Position numbers and translations under genes: made by a program. From an uncultured cyanobacterium (GTDB lineage: Bacteria; Cyanobacteriota; Cyanobacteriia; Pseudanabaenales; Pseudanabaenaceae), in assembly GCA_963703315.1 (NCBI GenBank), contig OY969811.1:972728-1036727 (forward strand): a stretch of 64,000 nt of DNA. Reading direction: 5' to 3'. This document shows positions 1-10,357 of the stretch, in pieces (the first letter of the stretch is position 1; every line of letters begins with the position of its first letter). Under the pieces are notes generated by a model. That model was given only the letters and a program-made list of their open reading frames with translations. It searched no databases and had not been told where the DNA came from.

Positions 1-1355
1 CCATCAAAACCTTAGATCGAGCCTATGGTATTTACCCAGATCGTGTGGATTTATTGGAGCCATTACTAAAGTTACTCACATCCAAGAAAATGGAAGTAGA
101 AGCTTCGATCGCATCCCGTCAGTTTGCGCTTAACTATCCAGAACATCCCGATGCTGCTAAGTATAAGAAGTTGGCTGATGATTACATGAATCAGTTCATC
201 AATGATTTTAAGAATGATTCGCTAGTTACGTCAATTCTTTCTGGCGATCGCAAAGTCATTGAGCAAATTTTTAAAGGAGAATCTGGATTTGGTGAGGAGA
301 ATGCAGCAGATTTAAAGAAAGGTCTATCTTTAGTCGATGATCCTAAACTTACCGAATATATTAATAGAATTGGACAGAAGTTAGCCAAGCTCTCAGGTCG
401 AGATGATTTTAAGTATGAGTTCTATATCGTACAGGATAACTCTCTCAATGCCTTTGCCTTACCTGGAGGGAAGATCTTCATTAATACAGGCACGATCGCT
501 GATATGGAATCTGAAGCAGAGTTAGCAGGTATCCTCAGCCATGAAATTGCTCATACAGTCTTTTCCCATAGTTATCTAAAAGTTATTACCGACACGAAGG
601 CGAGACTTCTCAAAAAAGTGGGACTGATTAACACAGTTCTCGAATATCTCAAGCCAGAATTTGGATTTAGCCGATCGCTGGAACAACAAGCCGATTTTCT
701 AGGAACTCGCATTCTCGCATCGGCTGGCTATTCTGCCGATGGCTTGTATCGTGTATTTGAAAGATGGCGTGGTTATGAGAAAGATCGCAAGACAGGCTGG
801 CTAGATACGCATCCTGCATCTTCAGAGCGTGTACGATATTTGCAAGAAGCTGTCCAGAATCGCAACTACAACCGCTATTCCATAGAGAATATCGAAGCTC
901 TAATTGCGGCGCGTGGAGCATTTTGCAAGTCAGAAGTCAAAAAAGATCAACCCGTTCCTACTTCCGCGATCGCTACGCCAAATCCCAGTGATAAGAAGCC
1001 AGTTTTAGGTCAAGTATCTGTGGTAGCAGGGCAAACTAACGATAATGTGAGCATTAACATCAATGGAGGTAAGGTTGAGTCGAGCGGTCGTTACATCCTG
1101 AATGTGGAAATTATCAACAATAGTAAAGAACCCTTTGGATTTGTGCCTATATTTGTGGAAGTAACCAATGCAGAAGGAAAGAAAGTGTCGGCACAGTTCA
1201 TCAGTGCGTCTGGCAAAAACCTAGTGAATGCAGGAGAAACAGCCAAAGCAACCCTTTCAATTTTCCGCCAACCTTGGCGAGATGGTGATCAAGGTTTAGT
1301 CTGGAAAATCACTGAAAACACTGGTGGAGGTCGAGTATTTCGGATTCCGTTCTAA
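1..1355 (+). CDS. M48 family zinc metalloprotease with a C-terminal beta-rich extension; 5' end lies outside the window
   Basis: HEIAH (HExxH), NAFALPGG, EQQAD and THP motifs. The frame is open from position 3 (IKTLDRAYGIYPDRVDLLEP), so the listed start at 45 is not the true start. Confidence 0.85.
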   Translation, partial: IKTLDRAYGIYPDRVDLLEPLLKLLTSKKMEVEASIASRQFALNYPEHPDAAKYKKLADDYMNQFINDFKNDSLVTSILSGDRKVIEQIFKGESGFGEENAADLKKGLSLVDDPKLTEYINRIGQKLAKLSGRDDFKYEFYIVQDNSLNAFALPGGKIFINTGTIADMESEAELAGILSHEIAHTVFSHSYLKVITDTKARLLKKVGLINTVLEYLKPEFGFSRSLEQQADFLGTRILASAGYSADGLYRVFERWRGYEKDRKTGWLDTHPASSERVRYLQEAVQNRNYNRYSIENIEALIAARGAFCKSEVKKDQPVPTSAIATPNPSDKKPVLGQVSVVAGQTNDNVSININGGKVESSGRYILNVEIINNSKEPFGFVPIFVEVTNAEGKKVSAQFISASGKNLVNAGETAKATLSIFRQPWRDGDQGLVWKITENTGGGRVFRIPF

Positions 1356-1360
1356 TTTGC

Positions 1361-1395
1361 TTTAAAAAAGCCTTGCAAAGCAAGGCTTTTTTAAA
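1361..1395. terminator. Bidirectional terminator-like hairpin TTTAAAAAAGCCTTGC-AAA-GCAAGGCTTTTTTAAA
   Basis: Perfect 16-bp stem with A/T tracts, 5 nt after the M48 stop. Same core stem as 24161-24188. Confidence 0.75.
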
Positions 1396-1416
1396 TTATT
1401 TACTTCGATTTAATAC

Positions 1417-1453
1417 TTGCGATCGGCTTGAGAAGATAGATTGTTAATGCGAT
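1417..1453 (+). repeat. 37-bp direct repeat, copy 1 (left of GmrSD)
   Basis: TTGCGATCGGCTTGAGAAGATAGATTGTTAATGCGAT is 36/37 identical to 3415-3451. Confidence 0.95.
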
Positions 1454-1603
1454 CAAGTTTGAATTAGAGTAAAATCTGCGGTAATTTGCCCTTAAATAAC
1501 GAAACTAAATCACAGTTGTGTTATAAATTTTATAATTGTGAAGCTTAAGAATGCGGTATCCAATTTTTCAAGCATCAATAAATTAAACTTTCAGGAATCT
1601 TAA

Positions 1604-3322
1604 ATGTCATTTCAAATCCCAATCACTATTTCTGCTGCAATTAAAAATATTGAAAATAACCAATATTTACTTCCTGCTATTCAACGTGAATTTGTGTGGA
1701 GCCACGAAAAAATAGAATGGTTGTTTGATTCAATAATGAGAAATTATCCCATAAGTTCATTTTTGTTTTGGCGGGTTGAAGGTGACACTAGGAGAGACTA
1801 TAAGTTTTATCAATTCCTTAAAAATTTTAAGCAACGGTACGCAACTCATAATAACGAGTTCTCAACCACTGGTCACAACGATTTTACAGCAGTGCTTGAC
1901 GGTCAGCAACGTTTGACATCTCTTTATATAGGACTTTGTGGAAGTTATGCATACCGAACACCAAGACTCCATGAAGAAAATAATGAGCGCGTCTATCCAA
2001 CTAGACACCTATATTTGAATATTGAGAATCCGTTAGAAAATGAGGAAGATGGAAGAGATTTTGAATTTAAGTTTTTGAAGAAAAAAGAATTTGAGTCAAA
2101 CAAAGCAAAGTGGTTTAAGGTTTCTGAAATTCTCGCTCTTGCGGATGATTTTGAGTTCAATAGATATCTTGATAATCACAGTCTAAAAACAAATGAATTT
2201 TCATATAGAACTCTGGCGACGTTAAAGAATGTAATTCACTCAAAGCCAACCATAAACTTCTTCCTCGAAACAGAGCAAAGTCTTGATAAAGCGCTGAACA
2301 TTTTCATAAGAATAAACAGTGGGGGTGAACCACTAAATTTTTCAGATTTGCTCATGTCCATTGCTGTGGCTAATTGGAAAAGCAAAGATGCACGAAAAGA
2401 AATTCATACACTGGTCGATAACGTCAGAGAAAAAGGATTTTCAATTTCAAAAGATTTCATCTTGAAGACTTTTTTGTATCTGTACAGCAAAGACATTAAA
2501 TTTAAGGTTACAAATTTCTCAAAAGAAAATGCCAAGGAGTTTGAAAACGAATGGGATAAAATTCGAGATGCAATCCTTTCGGTATTCGATCTTGTAAGAT
2601 CATTTGGATTTTCTGATTCGACATTAACATCAAAAAATGCGTTGATTCCAATAATTTACTACATTTACCATAAAAATATATACAAAGACTTTCACACCAA
2701 AATTGCATATGAAAGCGATAGAAATACCATTAAAAAATGGCTCCACGTGGCTTTGGTTAAGCGAATTTTTGGCGGGACATCGGATAGTGTTCTTAGTCAA
2801 ATTCGCAGGGCATTCACTAGCGATGTATCGATAGCAGCTATTGAATCCCATACTCTAGGATTTCCTGTAAGTAGCATCAATGAAAACACAAAAAAAGATA
2901 TGGGGATTACGGATGAATTCATCACAGACATCTTACTGACCCAAAAAGATGACATGTATGCCTTCTCTATATTGGCATTGTTATATCCGAATCTTGACTA
3001 TAAAAACAACGACTTCAATAAAGATCATATACATCCAGCGAATAAGTTCGGCGACCTTTCAGTTGCTGACAAAGAAAAATATGGATGGGCGACTTACAAC
3101 TCTATTTTGAATCTTCAAATGCTGGATGCTAATGAGAACAAGTCAAAACAGGATAAAGATCTGTTAACTTGGGTCAATTTACAATTAGAGAAACAAGATC
3201 GATTCATATTTCTGAACAGCCATTTGATTCCAGATGTTAGCTTTGAAATTAAGGATTTCGGATCATTTATTGAAGCTCGAAGATTCATCTTGATTGACAA
3301 GCTTAAACAGATTTTGAGTTAA
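1604..3322 (+). CDS. GmrSD-family (DUF262 + DUF1524/HNH-like) putative modification-dependent restriction protein
   Basis: LPAIQREFVW, DGQQRLTSL and FIRINSGG (DUF262 motifs); C-terminal DHIHP...LNLQMLDANENKSK (HNH-like). I found no GCGATCGC in the gene. Confidence 0.88.
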   Translation: MSFQIPITISAAIKNIENNQYLLPAIQREFVWSHEKIEWLFDSIMRNYPISSFLFWRVEGDTRRDYKFYQFLKNFKQRYATHNNEFSTTGHNDFTAVLDGQQRLTSLYIGLCGSYAYRTPRLHEENNERVYPTRHLYLNIENPLENEEDGRDFEFKFLKKKEFESNKAKWFKVSEILALADDFEFNRYLDNHSLKTNEFSYRTLATLKNVIHSKPTINFFLETEQSLDKALNIFIRINSGGEPLNFSDLLMSIAVANWKSKDARKEIHTLVDNVREKGFSISKDFILKTFLYLYSKDIKFKVTNFSKENAKEFENEWDKIRDAILSVFDLVRSFGFSDSTLTSKNALIPIIYYIYHKNIYKDFHTKIAYESDRNTIKKWLHVALVKRIFGGTSDSVLSQIRRAFTSDVSIAAIESHTLGFPVSSINENTKKDMGITDEFITDILLTQKDDMYAFSILALLYPNLDYKNNDFNKDHIHPANKFGDLSVADKEKYGWATYNSILNLQMLDANENKSKQDKDLLTWVNLQLEKQDRFIFLNSHLIPDVSFEIKDFGSFIEARRFILIDKLKQILS

Positions 3323-3445
3323 GCAGACATTCGCAATGCCCCTGTGATCACATTCTATACAAAACTTGGTGTGCGTGAAGATGAGCTTCATTTTGACATT
3401 GCTGTTGATAGTAATTGCGATCGCCTTGAGAAGATAGATTGTTAA
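3323..3445 (+). pseudogene. 3' remnant of an AAC(3)-I-like GNAT acetyltransferase
   Basis: In frame after the GmrSD TAA it reads ADIRNAPVITFYTKLGVREDELHFDIAVDSNCDRLEKIDC*. This resembles the AAC(3)-I C-terminus ([27 protein letters not shown]). No 5' part or start codon. Confidence 0.7.
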
Positions 3446-3451
3446 TGCGAT
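3415..3451 (+). repeat. 37-bp direct repeat, copy 2 (right of GmrSD), starting at a perfect HIP1
   Basis: TTGCGATCGCCTTGAGAAGATAGATTGTTAATGCGAT. Confidence 0.95.
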
Positions 3452-3640
3452 GACTTTTTGGCTGTTGAAATGGAGAATTAGGCGATTTTGTTTCGGGGAG
3501 ATCAGACAAGATAAACGGCTCAATGCTTTTAATGACAGGTGTTTCAGAGATCGAAGACCTCCGAGGCTAAAACTATTGCACATCAAGAATTTCAGCTATT
3601 TAAGCTAAAGCAACTTCCCGAAACACCTATTGAGCCAATA

Positions 3641-5410
3641 TTAAAATGGATTAGCCGATATAGAAAAATAAATCCCATTTTCTTGTAAAGTTTTTTTCTC
3701 CGCCGAAATACGACTCAGGGGAATCCCAAAATCGAGTCGGATAGTGAGGCGATCGCTTATCTGTAAGCGCAATCCTGTACCTAATGCGGTCAAAGTGCTT
3801 GGATCAGGGTTGGTATTAGCTTGATGATTCCATACTGTACCAAAATCAAAGAATGGTACAACCTGTAAAAGTCCGCTAATTTCAGGAATCCGCAATATAG
3901 GAATCCGCACCTCGGCAGATAAAAGCAATCCATTATCGCTCAGCAGAGCATCTTGTCGATATCCTCGCAGGTTGTCTTGACCACCAATACTAATTTGTTC
4001 CTGTGACAAAAGTGGGCGATCGCTCAGTTGCAGATCGGCACGCAAAAATAACAGAGTTTCGGGGGCCAGCAGACGCACATATTGAGTTTGCCCGCGCCAT
4101 GCCAAAAATTGACTATCGGGAGATACATTATTGATCGTCGCGCCGAGCGCATTAATCCCTAAACTTAGTTGCGATCGCATCGCCAATACTTCTTCAGCAC
4201 TGCGTTGCACATATTCTTGAAAAAAGCGCAGCGCTGTAACTTTGGTCTGACCATCAGCATCAGCACCAAGGGAAGGAAAAGCAATTGTGCCGCCTAGTAA
4301 TGAGGCTGTACTTTGACGATGGCTCAGGGTTAAGCCTAGTGCCACATCTTGAGCAATAGTTTGAAAAATGGGTTGGCGGATTGTCAGTTCGTAATTTCGA
4401 GAATTAGAGGCAATATCGAGAATATTAAAAGGAGTTTCAATCACATTACTAGCAGAAGTTCCAAAGTTAAAGCTGATAGTTCCATTATAAGGATTGAAGG
4501 GAATTGTATAACTCGCATCAAAAGCATTACTACCGTTAGTATTGCTATATGAGAGACTTAGGCGATCGCCTAATCCTGCTAGATTTGCCTCGACAAGTTG
4601 GATTTGGCGACGCTCAGAGCCGACACTGGGAGTCCGACTATTATCAAAAGTAATTGGTATGTTAAAGGTTGGAGCCTCAGTCACCTTGATTTCTAAGTTA
4701 TTTAATCCCGCTTGCAAACTGGGGGACAAATTTGCCGATATGCTCTCAATTAGGGGATTAATTTGTAATAGTTGTAATGCTTCGAGTAGACGAGTACGGT
4801 TTAGAGGTTTCCCAGTGGCGATCGCTATTCGTGATTGAATATAGCCTGAATTAAGCCTGTTCAATCCTGTGACCTTAATTTCATCCAATCCTCCCTCAAT
4901 AACCTGAATCTTGACTATTCCTGTTTGTAAGTCCTGTTCTGGCAAATACGCCCCAGAGGTAATATAACCTCGCTCTAAATAAAGCTCTGTAATTTTAGTT
5001 CTAACTTGAAATAGTTCAATAATAGAAATTGGTTTGTTGGTATAGGATTTAGTAATATTCTCTAGTTCCTGATTGCTAAAAACACTGCTACCAATCACTT
5101 CAAACTTTTTAACTACAATCAATTCAGAATTGCTGTTGCTCGGAATTTGTGGAGATTGGGAATTTTCTAGATTTGGAAGAGTAAATAGACTGTCAGGAGC
5201 AGGCAGTTTAGACGGTTCAGTTGGGGTTTTAGGCGTAACTTTGGGAGCGATATCATTAGGAATTACTAAATTGCGTGGGATCGAGTTAGTTTGAGCAGCG
5301 ATCGCTTGAGGATAAGCATTAAATGCGATCGCGCTCAGTAGCACAACAATAGTATTTTTTTTGTCTTTAAATGTACAGATATACGCATACCATACTTTCA
5401 CAATAACCAC
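3641..5410 (-). CDS. ShlB/FhaC/HecB-family (TpsB) outer-membrane secretion/activation protein
   Basis: Signal-like N-terminus, POTRA segment (FEVIGSSVFS...ITELYLERGYITSG), IGGQDNLRGY loop-6 motif, and terminal F of a beta-barrel (YFSISANPF). Confidence 0.9.
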   Translation of the reverse strand: MVIVKVWYAYICTFKDKKNTIVVLLSAIAFNAYPQAIAAQTNSIPRNLVIPNDIAPKVTPKTPTEPSKLPAPDSLFTLPNLENSQSPQIPSNSNSELIVVKKFEVIGSSVFSNQELENITKSYTNKPISIIELFQVRTKITELYLERGYITSGAYLPEQDLQTGIVKIQVIEGGLDEIKVTGLNRLNSGYIQSRIAIATGKPLNRTRLLEALQLLQINPLIESISANLSPSLQAGLNNLEIKVTEAPTFNIPITFDNSRTPSVGSERRQIQLVEANLAGLGDRLSLSYSNTNGSNAFDASYTIPFNPYNGTISFNFGTSASNVIETPFNILDIASNSRNYELTIRQPIFQTIAQDVALGLTLSHRQSTASLLGGTIAFPSLGADADGQTKVTALRFFQEYVQRSAEEVLAMRSQLSLGINALGATINNVSPDSQFLAWRGQTQYVRLLAPETLLFLRADLQLSDRPLLSQEQISIGGQDNLRGYRQDALLSDNGLLLSAEVRIPILRIPEISGLLQVVPFFDFGTVWNHQANTNPDPSTLTALGTGLRLQISDRLTIRLDFGIPLSRISAEKKTLQENGIYFSISANPF

Positions 5411-5848
5411 TTCCAGCTTTCGCTAAAAAACTAGTAGACTGACTTGTATTTTATTATCTATTTTTCTTTTATAACTATCTCAATGATGAGTGCAAAGTCA
5501 CTCCAAGCGTAATACTTGAAGTTCCTTGAATAGACAAGAGAACGATTCAGATTATCTTGTGACATATACTTTAAGATATAGGTAGAATAATTTATAATTC
5601 ATCCACAACATTAATATGTAAGTTGTTAGTAAAATACTGCAAAACTGTATGCCTTTTGAGTGAATGCTAAAATCGAGATTTTTAAATTTGTTCTGGTTGA
5701 TCTTATCTCTATTAGCCTCTTTTTTACATACCCAACTTCACAATTTATTACACTTTGCCCAAATGTTTAATGGCTAATTGATCATGTAGATATACTAATC
5801 ACTCTAGAATGTTATTTTATTGTTTGCTAAAATCAACCTAACTAAGCT

Positions 5849-6469
5849 GTGATCAGAAATATTATGCAAGCAACTGTAATTGATGCCGAAATACAACAAG
5901 AACTTGAGCCACAAATTCGGCTCTGGTCGATCGCTGATTATCACCAAATGATTGAAGCAGGAATTTTAGATGAAGATGATCGCGTAGAACTTTTGGAAGG
6001 AAAAATTGTTTGTAAAAATTTTCAAAGTCTATTTCGGGCATCTAGCATACAGCGCAGCAGTAATTTTCTGTTTAACTTACTAAGCGATCGCGCCGAAATT
6101 CGTGTGCAGTTACCCGTGATTTTAGGCAATGACTCCGAGCCAGAGCCAGATCTTGCCATCGTGAGATTTGACAACCATGAATATTCCTTTAGACATCCTG
6201 AAGTAGCTGATATTTATTTGTTAATTGAAGTTGCCGATTCAACTATTGCTAAAGATCGCAAGCAAAAAGCGCGTATCTATGCCAAAAATCAGATTTTAGA
6301 ATATTGGATTCTCGATTTGCAAAAGCGACAGGTTTATGTTTTTCGTCAGCCCGAAGAAAGTGTTTATCGCGAAGAATTGATTCTGAATAGCAGTGATAGT
6401 ATCGCCATGCAAGCATTTCCTGATGTGGCGATCGCTTTAGATGCTATGTTTCCTATTGCACAAAATTAA
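5849..6469 (+). CDS. Uma2 (DUF820) family endonuclease-fold protein; ATG 5864 is an alternative start
   Basis: RVELLEG, SEPEPDLAIV, LLIEVADS, KARIYA and EYWILDL motifs. Confidence 0.88.
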   Translation: MIRNIMQATVIDAEIQQELEPQIRLWSIADYHQMIEAGILDEDDRVELLEGKIVCKNFQSLFRASSIQRSSNFLFNLLSDRAEIRVQLPVILGNDSEPEPDLAIVRFDNHEYSFRHPEVADIYLLIEVADSTIAKDRKQKARIYAKNQILEYWILDLQKRQVYVFRQPEESVYREELILNSSDSIAMQAFPDVAIALDAMFPIAQN

Positions 6470-6481
6470 CTAAATATTCCT

Positions 6482-7306
6482 ATGGCTGCACCTTGGGCGG
6501 GAGAACTAGAATTAGAATTTATCAAGCGGAATCAACAAACCGTATTAACCCGTAATTACACCGTAGCACCTTGGAAAATTCAGCGATCGCTCTATCCAGA
6601 AGGTGATGAGGTTTGCCATTGCATCTTGCTTCATACCGCAGGTGGTCTAGTGGGCGGCGATCGCCTATCTGCAAAAATTCATTTACAACCCCATACTCAA
6701 GCCCTAATTACCACGGCAGCCGCCAGCAAGATCTATCGCAGCACAGGTGCAGAATCCCTACAAAATCTCCATATTCACATCGATGAAGGTGCAAGTTTAG
6801 AATGGTTTCCTCAAGAAACGATCGCCTTTGCTGAATCAAATTATCGCCAAACTACAAGAATTGACTTGGCGGCAAATGCAACCTGTACTCTATGGGAAAT
6901 CGTCAGGTTTGGGCGCACCGCAAGGGGCGAAAAATTTCTCGATGGCAATTGGCGATCGCATACAGAAGTATGGCGCGATCAAAGCCCTTTATGGATTGAT
7001 CGGCAATATCTCAATGGAAATTCGGAAATGTTAGGAAGTCCTAATGGATTAAATAACTATGCGATCGCTGCAAGCTTTATCTTTGTCGGCGCACAAGTTG
7101 AACCTGAATTAATTACACAGATTCGTTCTACTTGGGAACAGGGTAATTATCAGGGAGTCTCAGGAGTGACGCGATCGCTATGTGGTTTGGTTTGCCGCTA
7201 CTGCGGCAACTCGTCTAGCGATGCGCGTAAATGGTTTCAGCAAATTTGGCAGCTTTTGCGTGTATCCTATAGGGATAGAGCAATATGCGTACCCAGAGTT
7301 TGGTAA
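6482..7306 (+). CDS. ureD: Urease accessory protein UreD
   Basis: HTAGGLVGGD, TTAAASKIY and LEWFPQETI motifs; directly upstream of ureA. Confidence 0.93.
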   Translation: MAAPWAGELELEFIKRNQQTVLTRNYTVAPWKIQRSLYPEGDEVCHCILLHTAGGLVGGDRLSAKIHLQPHTQALITTAAASKIYRSTGAESLQNLHIHIDEGASLEWFPQETIAFAESNYRQTTRIDLAANATCTLWEIVRFGRTARGEKFLDGNWRSHTEVWRDQSPLWIDRQYLNGNSEMLGSPNGLNNYAIAASFIFVGAQVEPELITQIRSTWEQGNYQGVSGVTRSLCGLVCRYCGNSSSDARKWFQQIWQLLRVSYRDRAICVPRVW

Positions 7307-7312
7307 TTATCT

Positions 7313-7615
7313 ATGCAGCTTACGCCTCAAGAAAAAGATAAATTATTGATTTTCACGGCTGCCCTGTTAGCGGAACGACGCAAAGCCAAAGGACTTAAGT
7401 TAAATTATCCTGAAGCGATCGCTTTTATAACTGCCGAGATTATGGAAGGGGCAAGGGAAGGTCGCACGGTTGCGGAATTGATGTCTTACGGCGCAACTTT
7501 ACTCACCCGCGATGATGTAATGGAAGGTATCCCCGAAATGATCCATGATGTGCAAGTTGAGGCAAATTTTCCCGATGGAACCAAACTTGTCACAGTACAT
7601 AATCCAATTCGCTAG
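7313..7615 (+). CDS. ureA: Urease gamma subunit
   Basis: [11 protein letters not shown]...LNYPEA...[14 protein letters not shown]. Confidence 0.98.
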   Translation: MQLTPQEKDKLLIFTAALLAERRKAKGLKLNYPEAIAFITAEIMEGAREGRTVAELMSYGATLLTRDDVMEGIPEMIHDVQVEANFPDGTKLVTVHNPIR

Positions 7616-7636
7616 CCTGAGCTATGGAGGTCTGAG

Positions 7637-8281
7637 ATGATTGCGATCGCAATGCCCCAAAAACAACAAAAACAAACAGAGTTAGAACAGAAACTAACCT
7701 TTGAGCAGTTTCTAAAAATTTATCCTGAATATGGACATTATGAACTTATTGATGGTGAGCTAGTTGAGATTTTTGAAATGGCATTTACATGCAATCATGA
7801 CGATGTTGGAGAGTTTATCGATAGACGTTTTTATAGTGAAGTCGAACGATTAGCTCTTAACTATGTCATTAAGAGAGCAGTTCCCATAAGAAGCATCGAC
7901 CAAGACGGAAATGAGCGTGGGCGTGTACCTGACTTAAGTGTGATTGATGCGACATCTTGGCGCTCTAATCGTAGTGACTATAAAGGATTTCGCGACAAAA
8001 TTCAGTTAGCTGTTGAAGTAGTTTCTACAAACTGGGAAGATGATTATGTTGACAAGTTTGAAGAATATCAACGCTTGGGCATTTCTGAATATTGGATTGT
8101 AGATTATTTAGCGATCGCTAGTCGTGAGTTTCTTGGTAATCCTAAGATCCCCACTGTGTTTGTTAATTTACTAGATGAAAATGGTAAATATCAAACAACT
8201 AAATTTACAGGAGATGACAAAATTATTTCACAGACTTTTCCTGAACTAAATTTAACTGCGGCAGAAATCTTAAACATCTAA
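7637..8281 (+). CDS. Uma2 family protein inserted between ureA and ureB
   Basis: YELIDGELVE, RVPDLSV, LAVEVVS and KFEEYQRLGISEYWIVD motifs. Confidence 0.9.
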   Translation: MIAIAMPQKQQKQTELEQKLTFEQFLKIYPEYGHYELIDGELVEIFEMAFTCNHDDVGEFIDRRFYSEVERLALNYVIKRAVPIRSIDQDGNERGRVPDLSVIDATSWRSNRSDYKGFRDKIQLAVEVVSTNWEDDYVDKFEEYQRLGISEYWIVDYLAIASREFLGNPKIPTVFVNLLDENGKYQTTKFTGDDKIISQTFPELNLTAAEILNI

Positions 8282-8297
8282 GAATGGAGGCTAAATT

Positions 8298-8609
8298 ATG
8301 ATTGCTGGTGAAATCATTACCCAAGAAGGGGATATTGAATTAAATGCTGGGCGCGAAGTGATTACGCTCAAGGTTGCCAATTCAGGCGATCGCCCGATCC
8401 AAGTTGGCTCGCATTATCACTTTTATGAAACTAATCGAGCGCTGATATTCGATCGTGATCGCGCCAAAGGCACACACCTTGATATTCCTGCGGGGACTTC
8501 GATCCGCTTTGAACCAGGGGATGAGAAGGAAGTAAATCTAGTTCCCTATGTGGGTACTCGTGAGATTTATGGATTTAATGCTTTAGTAGAAGGCAAATTG
8601 GAGAATTAA
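8298..8609 (+). CDS. ureB: Urease beta subunit
   Basis: [13 protein letters not shown]...[13 protein letters not shown]. Confidence 0.98.
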   Translation: MIAGEIITQEGDIELNAGREVITLKVANSGDRPIQVGSHYHFYETNRALIFDRDRAKGTHLDIPAGTSIRFEPGDEKEVNLVPYVGTREIYGFNALVEGKLEN

Positions 8610-8613
8610 ACAA

Positions 8614-10326
8614 ATGAGTTATAGAATGTCTCGTCGCGCTTATGCAGAAACCTATGGCGCAACCGTTGGTGATAAAGTTCGCTTAGCCGATACCGAATTA
8701 TTTATTGAAGTGGAACGCGACTACACCACCTATGGCGATGAAGTAAAATTTGGTGGTGGTAAGGTGATCCGTGATGGTATGGGGCAATCACCAATTACTA
8801 ATGTCAATGGAGCCGTTGATGTCGCGATTACCAATGCTTTAATTCTCGACTGGTGGGGCGTAGTGAAGGCAGATGTGGGGATTAAAGATGGCAAGATTGT
8901 AGCGATCGGGAAGGCGGGAAATCCTTACATTCAAGATAATGTCAATATCATTATCGGTGCGGGTACAGAAATCATCGCAGGAGAAGGAAGGATTCTCACC
9001 GCAGGCGGCATTGATACGCATATCCATTTTATCTGTCCACAACAAATTGAAGTAGCGATCGCCTCAGGCATTACGACAATGATCGGTGGCGGGACTGGCC
9101 CTGCCGTTGGCACAAATGCGACCACTTGCACCCCTGGTCCTTGGAATATGTACCGTATGTTGCAAGCCGCCGATGCTTTCCCGATGAATTTAGGATTTCT
9201 TGGTAAAGGTAATAGCAGCAAGCCTGAAGGCTTGGTTGAGCAGGTGGAAGCGGGTGCGATCGGGCTAAAACTTCATGAGGATTGGGGAACGACTCCCGCC
9301 ACGATTGATACTTGTTTAGGGGTTGCCGATGAGTACGATGTGCAGGTTGCTATTCACACCGACACGCTCAACGAAGCGGGATTTGTGGAAGATACGATCG
9401 CAGCTTTCAAAAATCGTGTGATCCATACCTATCACACCGAAGGTGCGGGTGGTGGTCACGCTCCCGACATTATCAAGATTTGCGGTGAAGCGAATGTTCT
9501 TCCCTCTTCCACAAATCCCACTCGTCCCTACACTTTAAATACTCTTGATGAACATCTGGATATGCTGATGGTCTGTCACCATCTCGATCCTAGCATTCCT
9601 GAAGATGTTTCCTTTGCAGAATCAAGAATCCGTCGCGAAACGATCGCTGCTGAAGATATTCTCCATGATATCGGCGCGTTTAGTATGATTTCTTCCGATT
9701 CGCAAGCAATGGGAAGAGTCGGTGAAGTAATCATTAGAACTTGGCAAACTGCCCACAAAATGAAAGTGCAGAGAGGGGTTCTCTCTAGTCCTGAAAGTAC
9801 TAGAGCCGACAATTTCCGCGCTCAGCGCTATGTGGCAAAATACACCATCAATCCCGCGATCGCGCATGGTATTTCTGAATATGTCGGTTCCATTGAAGTT
9901 GGTAAAATTGCTGATCTCGTTCTCTGGCATCCTGCCTTTTTTGGCGTAAAGCCTGAAATGGTTCTAAAGGGTGGATTTATTGCATGGTCACAGATGGGCG
10001 ATGCCAATGCCAGCATTCCCACACCGCAGCCTGTGTATATGCGTCCGATGTTTGGTAGCTATGGCGGTGCTATCGCGCCCACATCCTTTACTTTTATTTC
10101 TCAAGTTGCAATGGAGCGAGGTATTCCCAGTCAATTAGGACTCAAGAAACAAGTACTTACGGTTAAAGGAACTCGTAACATCAGCAAACGAGACTTAAAG
10201 CTCAATGATGCTTTACCAGTAATGGAAGTCGATCCAGAGACTTATGAAGTTAGAGCCGATGGTGAATTATTGACCTGTGAGCCAGCTTCTGTGTTGCCGA
10301 TGGCACAGCGATATTTCTTGTTTTAA
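8614..10326 (+). CDS. ureC: Urease alpha subunit
   Basis: [26 protein letters not shown] and [12 protein letters not shown] motifs. Confidence 0.99.
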   Translation: MSYRMSRRAYAETYGATVGDKVRLADTELFIEVERDYTTYGDEVKFGGGKVIRDGMGQSPITNVNGAVDVAITNALILDWWGVVKADVGIKDGKIVAIGKAGNPYIQDNVNIIIGAGTEIIAGEGRILTAGGIDTHIHFICPQQIEVAIASGITTMIGGGTGPAVGTNATTCTPGPWNMYRMLQAADAFPMNLGFLGKGNSSKPEGLVEQVEAGAIGLKLHEDWGTTPATIDTCLGVADEYDVQVAIHTDTLNEAGFVEDTIAAFKNRVIHTYHTEGAGGGHAPDIIKICGEANVLPSSTNPTRPYTLNTLDEHLDMLMVCHHLDPSIPEDVSFAESRIRRETIAAEDILHDIGAFSMISSDSQAMGRVGEVIIRTWQTAHKMKVQRGVLSSPESTRADNFRAQRYVAKYTINPAIAHGISEYVGSIEVGKIADLVLWHPAFFGVKPEMVLKGGFIAWSQMGDANASIPTPQPVYMRPMFGSYGGAIAPTSFTFISQVAMERGIPSQLGLKKQVLTVKGTRNISKRDLKLNDALPVMEVDPETYEVRADGELLTCEPASVLPMAQRYFLF

Positions 10327-10357
10327 GATAGCGGTGATCTCCTTAAGGTTTCAAAGA

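Noticed and set aside
3263-3586. 107-aa minus-strand ORF after GmrSD
   Set aside because: It overlaps the GmrSD end and the plus-strand AAC(3)-like remnant and has no recognisable motif.
5411-5848. NtcA box upstream of the urease cluster
   Set aside because: I found no GTA-N8-TAC match by eye in this spacer.
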